A DNA stretch of 64,000 nt from an uncultured Caldisericota bacterium (GCA_964422555.1 CAYRBR010000001.1:3352-67351); one strand, 5' to 3'; counted from the stretch's first letter, positions 18,339-28,651 are shown. Translations and numbers: made by a program. The notes: generated by a model from the sequence alone, not told the origin.

Positions 18339-19176
18339 CAATAAGAAATTCATGTTAGAGCAAGAACCCTTTTTCCTTGAAAAGGTATTAACGCAGTTTA
18401 TTCAAGCTGAGTTACATAAGTATGGATTCGAGAAAGCAGTTATTGCACTTTCTGGAGGTTTAGATTCCACAGTAGTAACCTACCTTGTTTCAAAAATTCT
18501 CCCATCATCTCAAATTGTATTACTTTATATGCCCTATGGAGAAGGTCTTTCAAATAACGATCATGTAGAGTTGGTTGCCAAAGATCTTGGGCTTGAGTTA
18601 AAAACATGGAACATGAAAGAAATTGCCGATTTATTTTTTTTAGAAAGATCGGTTACGGAGCCTCTCCGGAAAGGGAATATTTTAGCTAGGTTGCGAATGA
18701 TTAATGCATTTGATTGGAGTGCGAAAGAAAAAGCACTTGTTGTAGGAACCAGCAACAAAACAGAATTACTGATTGGGTATAGTACCTGGTATGGAGATAG
18801 TGCAGCTGGTATTATGCCTATTGGTGACCTATTTAAAACACAGGTTTTTTCTTTAGCAAAGCATTTACATGTACCTTCCCCAATTATAGAAAAATCACCT
18901 TCTGCGGAATTGTGGGAGGGACAAACTGATGAAAAAGAAATTGGAATCAATTATGATTTGCTAGATACAATTCTCTATTACCATGTTGACTTACGCTATA
19001 CTCATCAAGAGATTCTTGAGCTAGGTTTCTCCGAAGCAATTGTACAGCGAGTTATAAAAATGTGTAATAAGGCTTTGTATAAACAACGTTTACCTATCAT
19101 ACCGAAAGTATCCAAAAGGACAATTGGATTGGATTATCTTCTCATGAAAGAAACTATCTTGTCAGGAATGCAATGA
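18319..19176 (+). CDS. nadE: NAD+ synthetase (single-domain NadE)
   Basis: PP-loop SGGLDSTVV and NAD synthetase family motifs. 285 aa. Confidence 0.9.
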   Translation: MKMKTNSNKKFMLEQEPFFLEKVLTQFIQAELHKYGFEKAVIALSGGLDSTVVTYLVSKILPSSQIVLLYMPYGEGLSNNDHVELVAKDLGLELKTWNMKEIADLFFLERSVTEPLRKGNILARLRMINAFDWSAKEKALVVGTSNKTELLIGYSTWYGDSAAGIMPIGDLFKTQVFSLAKHLHVPSPIIEKSPSAELWEGQTDEKEIGINYDLLDTILYYHVDLRYTHQEILELGFSEAIVQRVIKMCNKALYKQRLPIIPKVSKRTIGLDYLLMKETILSGMQ

Positions 19177-19179
19177 GCG

Positions 19180-20379
19180 ATGAGTTATTATTCAGTAAGT
19201 CGAATCGAAACGTATAATTCTTGTCCAAAGAAGTACAAGTTTCGATATATTGACCGGATTACTCCTCCCAAAGGAGAGATGTCACTAAACATTCTAGTTG
19301 GGAATAGTGTCCACAAAACCCTTGAGACAGTTTATAGAGAGTACATGAAAACTCGGAAACTAGTCTCTTTCGAAGAAATGATGGTACGATACTCTCAAAT
19401 ATGGGATACCTATATGAAAGAAAATGTCGTTACAATTCATATATCCCAGGATCCTGAAGATTTCAAAAAAGAAGGGGAGAGTATCCTTGTATCGTATTAC
19501 AATAAAGAGATAGAAAAAGAAAAGATGGATCAAACTATTGCAGTTGAAAGATCTTTTTTTGTAATTCTAGAAGACTACAAATTAAAAGCAGTAATCGATC
19601 GGATTGATTATCGAGATGAGAATACCTTTTTGATTTACGACTACAAAACAACATCTCATTTTCCAGAAAAAAAGAACCTGGAAGATGATATGCAATTACC
19701 TTTGTATCAGATGGCCATAAAGCAAACCTATCCAGACGTTAAGAGAGTTTTGCTAAATTGGCATTTTCTTCGATTCAACAAAACAATATCTATTTCAAAA
19801 GAAGAAAATGATCTAACTGAAACCAAAAAAAGAATTTTGGATAATATCAGAGCTATTGAATTGGATCGGAATTTTGAAGCCAATAAAACTCCTCTATGTG
19901 ATTATTGTCCATACCAAGATATTTGTCCGGCATTTAAGCATTTGTTTACGCTGGAAAATCTTGAAAATCAAGATTTAGATGAAGGATATCAGGCAGTAAA
20001 CAAAATTGCTGAAATATCTACAGAAATTAAAGAACATCAGTATGCTTTAAAAAAACTAAAAGAGGAACAGGAAGAATGGGAAGAAAGGGCAGAGTTGTTT
20101 GCCGTAGAACACGAAATGTCTGCTCTTGAAGGCGATACACATGAGTTAATAATCAACAGAAAGAAAGAGATTTCATTTCCTGATTCAAAAGATCCGGCTC
20201 GAATTGCTTTGGAAAGCTTTCTTAAAGATAACAATCTTTGGGAACAAGTATCAATAATGTATGGACCTAAGATAAAAAAGGTGATTTCCAATTCTTCTCT
20301 TGAAAAGAAAATTCTAGAAGAACTCATGGGTTTCTCCTTTATTAAAGAAAAAACTAGTTTTCGATTAAAGAAAAAATAA
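19180..20379 (+). CDS. PD-(D/E)XK nuclease family protein (Cas4/RecB-nuclease-like with C-terminal Cys cluster) plus a roughly 150-aa coiled-coil extension
   Basis: N-terminal SxxRIETYNSCPKKYKFRYID, then D...IDYRD...IYDYKTT (D-E-K), and a CDYCPYQDIC cluster. Confidence 0.55.
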   Translation: MSYYSVSRIETYNSCPKKYKFRYIDRITPPKGEMSLNILVGNSVHKTLETVYREYMKTRKLVSFEEMMVRYSQIWDTYMKENVVTIHISQDPEDFKKEGESILVSYYNKEIEKEKMDQTIAVERSFFVILEDYKLKAVIDRIDYRDENTFLIYDYKTTSHFPEKKNLEDDMQLPLYQMAIKQTYPDVKRVLLNWHFLRFNKTISISKEENDLTETKKRILDNIRAIELDRNFEANKTPLCDYCPYQDICPAFKHLFTLENLENQDLDEGYQAVNKIAEISTEIKEHQYALKKLKEEQEEWEERAELFAVEHEMSALEGDTHELIINRKKEISFPDSKDPARIALESFLKDNNLWEQVSIMYGPKIKKVISNSSLEKKILEELMGFSFIKEKTSFRLKKK

Positions 20380-20441
20380 ACGTTTCTTTCTATCTATGTT
20401 ACACTACTATAGTGAAAATTGTAAACAGGAGATGATGAATT

Positions 20442-21629
20442 ATGAAACAGAATGTTATTGCTCTCATAATTGTTATATTAGTACTGGCTCTCGGAGTCTT
20501 TTTTATTGTTCGGTATGAAGGAATTACTCCGAATGATTCAGCTACTAAAAACGAGCAAGAATCACAAAACACCGACGATCCTGTGAAAAATGAAAATTAT
20601 TCTGCCGACGATGTTACAGATCCTGACACTGTAATATGCGTTATTGGTGACAATGAATATTCTTTTACGATGCAAGATTTTATCTCTGAAATGTATCGCA
20701 TTATGCCCAATGATTTTGAAGAAACCATGAGTCAGCTTTCTGCTCCAGATCAAAAACTTCATCGTAAACAATTAGAAGAACAGGTAATGGATTTTTTGGT
20801 GGAAGCAGCTTACGTTGAATTGTATTTCCAGGATAGTGGAATGACTATTTCGCAAGAAGAAATTGAGGAAGAGAAAGAAAAGATTCGACAGAGTTTACGA
20901 GATCAAAGCGGAAAACCCGATTTAGATGTAGAAGCTTATTTTGAAAACATGGGTGTGACAGATGAAATGTTCACAGAAGACATGCGAAGTCAGATCATGT
21001 TTAGAAAAGTTTTTTCTCCACTAATGGATGATGTAGAGGTTTCGGATAAAGAAGTGGAAGATTATTACAATGAAAATACAGACAAATTCGATGTACCCGA
21101 TCGAGTGAATATTGATGTAATCATAACTTATGATGAAGAAAAGGTAAACGAGATCATGCAAAAGTATAACCAGGGTGTATCATTTGAAGATCTTGCTGTA
21201 GAGTATTCAGAAGATCCAACAATGAAGCAGAATAAGGGTGCAGTTGGTTGGATTACAGAAGCCGAATTACCTCCTGAAATGTCTCAACATATTTTTAACG
21301 AAGAAGAGTATGGCGATGGAGATGTTATTACTTTTAAGATTGAAACAGTATACTATGTCGTTAGAAGAAATGACAGAGAAGATGCCCATACTCCTTCATT
21401 TGATGAAGTAAAAGACCAAGTAAAAGTTGCTGCTCTTGACGCAAAAAGGGAACAGGTTTATAAAGATTTCATTGAGGAACAGAAGAAACATTATGGAGAA
21501 CCTATTATTTCTCCCGACATTGTATTTCCTTCTGATGTTGTCACTTCTTCTATCCCTCCTAACACACTTCCAGGGATGGAAGGTATGGTGGAACAGTATA
21601 TGGAGGGGCAAGAACAAGCCAACCCATAG
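20442..21629 (+). CDS. Membrane-anchored PpiC-type peptidyl-prolyl isomerase (PrsA/SurA-like foldase)
   Basis: An N-terminal TM helix, an acidic linker and a parvulin domain (GVSFEDLAVEYSEDPTMKQNKGAVGWITEAELPPEM). Confidence 0.6.
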   Translation: MKQNVIALIIVILVLALGVFFIVRYEGITPNDSATKNEQESQNTDDPVKNENYSADDVTDPDTVICVIGDNEYSFTMQDFISEMYRIMPNDFEETMSQLSAPDQKLHRKQLEEQVMDFLVEAAYVELYFQDSGMTISQEEIEEEKEKIRQSLRDQSGKPDLDVEAYFENMGVTDEMFTEDMRSQIMFRKVFSPLMDDVEVSDKEVEDYYNENTDKFDVPDRVNIDVIITYDEEKVNEIMQKYNQGVSFEDLAVEYSEDPTMKQNKGAVGWITEAELPPEMSQHIFNEEEYGDGDVITFKIETVYYVVRRNDREDAHTPSFDEVKDQVKVAALDAKREQVYKDFIEEQKKHYGEPIISPDIVFPSDVVTSSIPPNTLPGMEGMVEQYMEGQEQANP

Positions 21630-21657
21630 CTATATCCAGGTAGGAAAATGGCAAGAA

Positions 21658-22476
21658 CTATCTTTTGTTATGATGTAAGTACATCGATCTTTTTTGAACC
21701 CATATCTTTTTATGGATTCTGTAAGCTAACGATTCAGGCAAAAAGAGCCCTACTATGTAAAGAAGTTTTGTTTGCCAACCTGGAATGATGGTTCCTTTGT
21801 CTGCAATAAGACCTTGTATTGATTTCTTTGCAACAAAATCTGAAGAAACATACCATTTCTTTAACGATTCAGGTACAGGAAGATTTGAATGAGTATCGAA
21901 GGATGTTTTTGTAGCTCCGGGTAGAGAACAGGACACTATTATATTGTTACATTTTACTTCTTCTCGAAGAAGTTTTGAGTAGTAATAGATATATCGTTTT
22001 GTTGCGCTATACGTCAACGTTGAAGCAGCAGGAATTATAGCTGTTATGGAAGAGATGTTTAAAATGTATCCGTGTTGCTTTTCTTTCATTTCGTTCACGA
22101 ATAATGCACAAAGACTAGTAAGCGTGGTCATGTGAAGAGTCATCATTTTTCCTAATTGTTCCAGATCATCGAACTCTCGGTTCGTTCCAATAGCAAAACC
22201 GGCATTATTAACTAAAACATCTACCTGCAAGTTGTTGCTTCTGCAGAATTCAAACACTTTCTGTGCACTATATCTATCGGATAGGTCTAAAGCGAGTATG
22301 TATACAGAAATGGAAAAGTTGGATTGGAGAATAGATTGTAAATCCATCATTTTTTTCTTGTTCCTACTTACAAGAACCAAATTACAATGTTCTTTTGCAA
22401 GGACAAATGCGATGGATCTTCCTATACCACTTGTTGCCCCAGTAATAAGAGCAGTTTTATTTGTAAATGACTGCAA
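21658..22476 (-). CDS. SDR-family short-chain dehydrogenase/reductase
   Basis: TGATSGIGRSIA glycine-rich motif, NNAG, and a Y-x3-K catalytic motif. Confidence 0.85.
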   Translation of the reverse strand: MQSFTNKTALITGATSGIGRSIAFVLAKEHCNLVLVSRNKKKMMDLQSILQSNFSISVYILALDLSDRYSAQKVFEFCRSNNLQVDVLVNNAGFAIGTNREFDDLEQLGKMMTLHMTTLTSLCALFVNEMKEKQHGYILNISSITAIIPAASTLTYSATKRYIYYYSKLLREEVKCNNIIVSCSLPGATKTSFDTHSNLPVPESLKKWYVSSDFVAKKSIQGLIADKGTIIPGWQTKLLYIVGLFLPESLAYRIHKKIWVQKRSMYLHHNKR

Positions 22477-22483
22477 AATAGCT

Positions 22484-22520
22484 CCTTGTTTCCAAAAAAA
22501 AAGCCAGAGTGATGTATTTC
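22484..22520 (-). terminator. Rho-independent terminator downstream of the SLH-SBP gene
   Basis: A 10-bp stem (AGCCAGAGTG / CACTCTGGCT) with an 8-nt loop. A T8-9 run follows it on the minus strand (an A-run on plus, 22483-22491). Confidence 0.8.
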
Positions 22521-22567
22521 ACTCTGGCTTTTAGAATTATTTCAACTCAGGTTGAAAAGAAGAACTC

Positions 22568-25000
22568 TTATCTGTTCCAATACCACCAGGCACTGTTCCA
22601 TGTAATAGGGGAACTAGTTCCTGTTGGTTTGTAGTTAACAATGTCTTTGTGTCTGGAACTAATATCGACACGATAGAATAATGGAAGAGAAGGAAGATCT
22701 CTTGTGATTTCTTCCTGGGCAAGTCTAAGATTTGTATAAATGTCATCTTTGTTGAGCATTTGTAGAATAGCAGATGTTAACTCGTCGACTGTTTCGTTTT
22801 TGTAAGCCGTGTAATTCTGTCCACTCCAACCATTTTGTTCAGTTGGGATTTGGCCGGAATTAACAATAGAATACAAATTGGAAGTAGGACCCATGATCCA
22901 GGCATACATTGCACCGGTTGGTCCATCAAAGCGTCGTTCTCTTAATGTGCTAGTGAAAAAGCTGGTTGCTTGTTCATTTTTAAGTTCAACATTAATTTTT
23001 AGATGCTCTTCCCAACTAGATTTGATTACAGCCTGAACCTGTTCACGAGCTTTATTCTGAGCAGTGGTTGAGAATGTAATAGTAAACCAGTCACCCTGGT
23101 CATTTACCATTTTGCCTTCTTCGTTAATGTTCCATCCAGCTTCAGAGAACAGTTCGATAGCACGGTCGGTGTCATAATCATATTTACTGATTGTTTTATC
23201 ATCGTAAGCAGGATGTTTTGGTGGTAACCAAGCATGTGCTACAGGTTGCTGACCTTCAAAGAATTTTTCAGTAATAAGTTGTCTATCTATACAATGAAGT
23301 AAACCCTGTCTGATTTTTGGATCAGATAAAATCTCATTGTCACAGTTTAAATCTACGTGTTCCCAAGTTAAAGACGGGGTGAAAACTGGAAGCTGGTCAG
23401 TTTCTTGCTTTTCAAGCTGTTTTGCCTGGTCGAAAGTTAAACCGGTTAAGGTCATATCAACTTGACCGGCAATGGCCGATGCCAATAAAGTATCGGTACT
23501 TTCAATGGTACGGAAGATAATGTTATCAAGAAGAGGTTTACCATAAAGGTAGTATTCGTTGGGTTCAAGAATGATGGTTTGACCACGTTCCCAACTTTTT
23601 ACTTTATAGCAACCTGCATGAACAGGAGCTCTACCGTAAGAATCTTCGCCTGCATCACCTGATGTAGCACTAACGATAAAGTCGGCATCTGCTTTACATT
23701 TATCAGAAACATAAGCTTCATTTTCAGTGGTTTCTTCGATATCCTGATCGTAATCGTAATAGGACTTATCGTTAATATCATATGGTTCTAAAACATAGTC
23801 AAATTTTTCTTCGAACCAGTGAGCTGGCATTAATCCAATACCACTATTCGCATAGAGATATGGTGTATTCCAGGTGACCTGGACGGTATAATCATCAAGA
23901 GCTACCATGCTGTCGATCCAAAAATCCATTTCATTGTGGATTACAGGGCATGCTGGATGATTGTAGAAATGATAAGAGAACAAAGCATCTTTGGATGTAA
24001 TTTCAACGCCATCAGACCATTTTAAACCTTCATGAAGATGATAGGTAACGATCATTTTGTTGACTTCACCATTCTCATCATAATCAATTACCCAATCGCC
24101 ATTTTCTTGTGTAGGCATGAACTTAAGCATTACCGGGAATCGGCCCCAGAATTCATCAAAACCACCAGTGGAGCTTTCATAAAGAAGAGAAGTAATCTGA
24201 GTCATTGCACTCATAGTATCCAAACCACTAAACAGAGTTTTTGGTTCTTGAGCTTGTCCAATAGTAATAGCTCCACCACGAGTTGGTGGGTTAGTTAACA
24301 TGTATACACTGTAACAAGCTTCAGATACTAACATTGGGTAGGCAGGTCGAATGTAACGATAGTCGTCACCTTCAAGCCAGCGATAGTACATCATTTGATG
24401 ATCCGGTAAAATACAAAGAGATAAAGAATTAGCTACTTCATTACCCATTTCTAATGTTTCAGTCCAACCATCCTGAGCTGGAATGAGTGGTTCTGGAAGA
24501 GCAGTAGCAGCTTCTTTTGCTTCGTTACCTTTTGCATTTACTAACCATACAGCTGCATCACCACGGAGTAAATCTTCATCTGGCATAAAGGAATCTGTTT
24601 TTTCAATAATCCCATTCTGAGCAGCAGTTGAAATGGCATCATGATAAGGATGATCTTTTGCTACATCGTCAAAGGTGTAGCCAGTATCGGCTTCAAGTGC
24701 TAATCCTTTCACAATCCAACTAACAAACTGTCCACGAGAAACTGGTTTTGTTGGATCAGCGAGTTCATCTTTGCCAACAACACCATTTTCTTGCAATTTT
24801 GTCATGGGTGCTTCTGTATAACTATAGTACTCTTCTTTTTGTCCTGGTTCTAAGTTGCTCCAGTCATAAGAAGAAATAACTTCATAGTTATTTTGATTAT
24901 TCGTCTCTCCGGTATCGGTTTTTTTGTCACCACAACCTAGCAATACTGAAGAGGAAAGAGCTACAACAAGTAAAGAAACAAGAATTATGTGTTTTCTCAC
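22568..25000 (-). CDS. Lipoprotein: two SLH (S-layer homology) domains fused to an ABC-transporter family-5 (OppA/DppA-type) solute-binding domain
   Basis: Lipobox LLGCG. SLH-like repeats (...VSRGQFVSWIVKGLAL and FDDVAKDHPYHDAISTAAQNGII...LLRGDAAVWLVNA). A family-5 SBP core (LKWSDGVEITSKDALFSYHFY etc.). At 810 aa it is about 250 aa longer than a plain OppA. Confidence 0.7.
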   Translation of the reverse strand: MRKHIILVSLLVVALSSSVLLGCGDKKTDTGETNNQNNYEVISSYDWSNLEPGQKEEYYSYTEAPMTKLQENGVVGKDELADPTKPVSRGQFVSWIVKGLALEADTGYTFDDVAKDHPYHDAISTAAQNGIIEKTDSFMPDEDLLRGDAAVWLVNAKGNEAKEAATALPEPLIPAQDGWTETLEMGNEVANSLSLCILPDHQMMYYRWLEGDDYRYIRPAYPMLVSEACYSVYMLTNPPTRGGAITIGQAQEPKTLFSGLDTMSAMTQITSLLYESSTGGFDEFWGRFPVMLKFMPTQENGDWVIDYDENGEVNKMIVTYHLHEGLKWSDGVEITSKDALFSYHFYNHPACPVIHNEMDFWIDSMVALDDYTVQVTWNTPYLYANSGIGLMPAHWFEEKFDYVLEPYDINDKSYYDYDQDIEETTENEAYVSDKCKADADFIVSATSGDAGEDSYGRAPVHAGCYKVKSWERGQTIILEPNEYYLYGKPLLDNIIFRTIESTDTLLASAIAGQVDMTLTGLTFDQAKQLEKQETDQLPVFTPSLTWEHVDLNCDNEILSDPKIRQGLLHCIDRQLITEKFFEGQQPVAHAWLPPKHPAYDDKTISKYDYDTDRAIELFSEAGWNINEEGKMVNDQGDWFTITFSTTAQNKAREQVQAVIKSSWEEHLKINVELKNEQATSFFTSTLRERRFDGPTGAMYAWIMGPTSNLYSIVNSGQIPTEQNGWSGQNYTAYKNETVDELTSAILQMLNKDDIYTNLRLAQEEITRDLPSLPLFYRVDISSRHKDIVNYKPTGTSSPITWNSAWWYWNR

Positions 25001-25085
25001 TTCTACCCCCTAGAATAATAAAATTTGCTAGTCTAATTATACGATAAAATTACACATTGGGAAAGGTTGCATGTAAAAAATAGAA

Positions 25086-27275
25086 CTAATCAACTGTAAG
25101 AATGGACTGAATTTTAACTGTATTATTATCGGTAGAGAAAAGAACTTTGAAGGTTTGATTCTGGTTGGATCTAAAAACAATATAATTTGTGAGTTCTTCA
25201 ATATGATATGGATCAATAATTTCCCATTCCTGTCGCAACGGGTTTTGTATTAGTTTTTTAACCATTGTCTCGGGTATTGCATTTCGGTTGCGTAAGTACT
25301 TATCTCCAATTGATTTTTGATCTGTACTCAATAGGTAAATATAGTCAACCAGTATGCTGTAAGGGTTTTCTACTACACTGGAATTGAGGAGTTTGTAGCG
25401 TGTTTGATCCTCCTCTAGAATCCATGTATCAATAAATTCTCTGTAGAAGGAGTTCATTGATTCTTTAAAAATTTTATTTGCGTAATCATAATTAGTGGTG
25501 GAATATCCATAAGTAGTAAGAATAGAATCTTCTTGATCCATTTCTAAAGAACCGTTGTTCGCTCTCCATTTGTCTTGTCGGGGATACCATGTATAGCGCC
25601 ATTGATCCACTCCTGGAGTAAATTCCAAAAAGCAAACCATAGGGCTGTTTTTGAAATATAGAACAATAGATTGTCGATTGGCTACATAACTGGTGCAATC
25701 AATAATACTTGTTTTTGATAATGGCCAATGCAGCAAAGGACTATTAAAAATCATTTGATAGTGGGTTTCAGATCCATCATTCCAAGCGATAGCATGGTAA
25801 GGAAAACCATTGTCAATACCATTGTCAAAGTAAAAAGTAGGTTGAATATCACTAAAATCAATCACCGAAATTGTTTGGAATTCACTACAATGAATGGAAT
25901 TTGTATAAAAATGTAGTTGACATTCCTGATCAGGATAAAAGTCAGAAGAAAGAGCAATCTGTTTTAATGGATTGTCGGTCGAAAAAGTAGCATTTTGAAT
26001 AGCCAAAAAAGACTGAGTAGATTGCAATAGGTACAAAGTCTCTTCCAAATCTTTCTTTGTCACGATGATATCTAAAGGAATTTTGGAAACAGTTTTTGTT
26101 TGGGTTTTTGATCGAAATGAGGTTTCGATATAATCTATCGGATGAAGTGTTAATCGATATGCTTCTGAAAGCTCATTTTCTTGTATAAAAATTTTTGCTA
26201 AAGCAAGCTGCAACTGACAAAGAAGTGTTTCTTCTTCACGGGATTTAAGCTTTTTCTTTTGAAGATAGTCAATTTCCTGAGAGAATATATCCTGAGCTGC
26301 TTTAACTTTGTTTAGTTGGAACAAACTAAGTCCCTTAATGTAATTGAAATCGCTTTGGGAAGGAAATACATTTGAAACTTTGCTAACCCCTAGTCCTTCG
26401 CTGCATGCATTCAGAGATTCTTCTGGAGAGGAAGCATAAAGTAAGGCCTGGGCATAATAATACCAGTATATTGATTCGTTCTGGTGATTATCGATCACCG
26501 ATTGATAATAGGTTACAACTTTTTTGAAATAGTCAGGATACTGTTTGTTCATAGGAACTGGTTCTAGTGAGGATTGCAAAATAGTTTTTGGATCATTAAA
26601 CTGAAAAATGTCAACCGAAAAAGCATCTTCTTTTTCTTTTTTCCAAATAACAATTTCTTTTTTATCGAACAAATATTTTCTTTCAAGAGTGCTAACTAAA
26701 TTGGGTTTTTCGATCATTGTATACTCAGTAGAAAAGTCTCGAGATGTGGTAAAGGACACGATATCAATAATTTGATATAAGTCCAGTCCTTTTTGAAGAG
26801 ATGTTCCACTGTTCCATCCTAAAACAATTTCAGGAATTCCATTATCAGTTAAATCGATTAAATCAACAAAGTCCATCCCCATTGCATAGTTGTCTACTTT
26901 CCATACTAGTTTCCATTCTTCATGAAAATCTTTAATGATACAAACTTCCAATTTATTTTGATTAGCACTGCTTTGCAAGTATTGAATGACAAACATAACT
27001 TCATCTTTCCCATTTTGATCAATATCGTAAAGAAGATAGGGAGTGGTATTCATTCGATTGTCAGGAATGATTAAAACCGAATTTTCCGAGAGAAAAGACT
27101 GAATAATATGTAAAACAGGATCTTGAGAAGTAGGACTAATAATTAGATCCGATGGATTTGGAAATAAAGTGCAACCTGTAATTGAAATAGATAAAAACAA
27201 AATAACGCTGAAAAGGAGAAATCTTAAGTGTAACCGATGGATGTTGTTTAAGCCGATTTTGGGAATGTTAAGCAA
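25086..27275 (-). CDS. Large secreted lipoprotein (729 aa) with FG-GAP/VCBS-like Asp-rich repeats and a central TPR-like region. Hypothetical. Overlaps the histidine kinase 3' end by 28 nt.
   Basis: Signal with lipobox (SISITGC). DIDQNGKDEV and DLTDNGIPEIVLGW Ca-binding-like loops. A helical repeat region. Confidence 0.5.
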   Translation of the reverse strand: MLNIPKIGLNNIHRLHLRFLLFSVILFLSISITGCTLFPNPSDLIISPTSQDPVLHIIQSFLSENSVLIIPDNRMNTTPYLLYDIDQNGKDEVMFVIQYLQSSANQNKLEVCIIKDFHEEWKLVWKVDNYAMGMDFVDLIDLTDNGIPEIVLGWNSGTSLQKGLDLYQIIDIVSFTTSRDFSTEYTMIEKPNLVSTLERKYLFDKKEIVIWKKEKEDAFSVDIFQFNDPKTILQSSLEPVPMNKQYPDYFKKVVTYYQSVIDNHQNESIYWYYYAQALLYASSPEESLNACSEGLGVSKVSNVFPSQSDFNYIKGLSLFQLNKVKAAQDIFSQEIDYLQKKKLKSREEETLLCQLQLALAKIFIQENELSEAYRLTLHPIDYIETSFRSKTQTKTVSKIPLDIIVTKKDLEETLYLLQSTQSFLAIQNATFSTDNPLKQIALSSDFYPDQECQLHFYTNSIHCSEFQTISVIDFSDIQPTFYFDNGIDNGFPYHAIAWNDGSETHYQMIFNSPLLHWPLSKTSIIDCTSYVANRQSIVLYFKNSPMVCFLEFTPGVDQWRYTWYPRQDKWRANNGSLEMDQEDSILTTYGYSTTNYDYANKIFKESMNSFYREFIDTWILEEDQTRYKLLNSSVVENPYSILVDYIYLLSTDQKSIGDKYLRNRNAIPETMVKKLIQNPLRQEWEIIDPYHIEELTNYIVFRSNQNQTFKVLFSTDNNTVKIQSILTVD

Positions 27276-28651
27276 ACCAAGACACCTCCCTTTTTATGAT
27301 TATCAATTGTTAATGTTCCGTGATGAAGTTCCATAATTTCATCACAAATTGCTAAACCCATCCCAGAACCTTTTCGTTTATTGGATCCCTGGTAGAACTT
27401 CAATTTTACGAATGGAAGATCTTTTTCAGGTATGCCATCACCTGAATCCTGAATGGTTACCTGAATGGTAGATGGGAGTACTAGTAGGTTTACCCAGATC
27501 CATTGATTCGGACCGGAATACTTAACTGCATTGTCTAAAATATTATCAAAAACACGCTTAACGTAAAAAGAATCAATTACAACAGGAGCGGGACTATTAG
27601 AGATATCGGTTTGCAACATAAGGTGGTGTTCTTTAATGGCCGGTTTTATAAAGGATAGCGAATCGAGTAAAATCTTTTTTAAATCTACTTTCTCGAGAGA
27701 AAGTTGAATCTTTTTTGGGGATAAACGAGAGAAATCAAGCAACCGATTTACCATTTCAGAAAGTCGATCACATTCTTTTTCAATAATTTGATTCCCTTCT
27801 TTTATATCTTCGGGCGTTAAACCTTCTGGGGTTTGGAGAGTAATGGCCCATCCTTTGATAGAGGTGAGAGGGGTGCGAAGATCGTGTGATATAGAGGATA
27901 TAAAATGGTTTTTGATTTCTTCTTTGTCTTGGATTTCTTTTGCCATCTGATTAAAGGTTTGACCCAATTCTCCTATTTCATCTTCCTCGCGGTTACTAAT
28001 TCGAACAGAATAATCACCATTACTCATTTTTCTTGAAGCATGGGTAATGTTGCTTATAGGAACAGACAGGGATTTCGATACCTGTAATCCAATTCCAATA
28101 CTAATGATGATTGCCACTAGTCCTACCAATAGAAGGTAGAAGGCGAGATTAATTACTGCTTGCCTTGTTTTTACCATCGAAGTGATAAAACGGGCATATC
28201 CAATGAAATTCTGATTTGAATATAAGGGGATCGTAATACCTAGTAATGGATCTTTATTATCAATGGTTTGAGAAGACCAAACAATTGAGTCTTTTGTTCG
28301 AATGTCTTCTAAAGAGTTTATATATAAGGGTACATTGTTCGGGTTGGGAAGCGTATCCGCCAATATGTTTCCATTTGATTCAAATAGCTGCACCTGGGCT
28401 TTTGAGTTTGCTGAAAAACTACGAAGGATGGTTTGTCTTTGAGTATATATGTCGGGGTTGTCAATATATTCATGAAAAAAAGTAGATGATAAAAGTGCTT
28501 GGTTCTTTAAAATACTGGTAATACTGTTCACATAGTAATTATGAATAGCTAATGTAAGGGTGATTTGGAAGAATAGAACACTAACGCAAACAATAAAAGC
28601 ATACCCAATGATTAATCGTGCTCGGATACTTTTGAAATGAAATACAGACAT
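27248..28651 (-). CDS. Sensor histidine kinase (2 TM, extracytoplasmic sensor domain, HAMP, HisKA, HATPase_c)
   Basis: H-box SHDLRTPLTSIKGW, N box LDNAVKYS, and G boxes DSGDGIP / GSGMGLAI. Confidence 0.9.
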   Translation of the reverse strand: MSVFHFKSIRARLIIGYAFIVCVSVLFFQITLTLAIHNYYVNSITSILKNQALLSSTFFHEYIDNPDIYTQRQTILRSFSANSKAQVQLFESNGNILADTLPNPNNVPLYINSLEDIRTKDSIVWSSQTIDNKDPLLGITIPLYSNQNFIGYARFITSMVKTRQAVINLAFYLLLVGLVAIIISIGIGLQVSKSLSVPISNITHASRKMSNGDYSVRISNREEDEIGELGQTFNQMAKEIQDKEEIKNHFISSISHDLRTPLTSIKGWAITLQTPEGLTPEDIKEGNQIIEKECDRLSEMVNRLLDFSRLSPKKIQLSLEKVDLKKILLDSLSFIKPAIKEHHLMLQTDISNSPAPVVIDSFYVKRVFDNILDNAVKYSGPNQWIWVNLLVLPSTIQVTIQDSGDGIPEKDLPFVKLKFYQGSNKRKGSGMGLAICDEIMELHHGTLTIDNHKKGGVLVCLTFPKSA

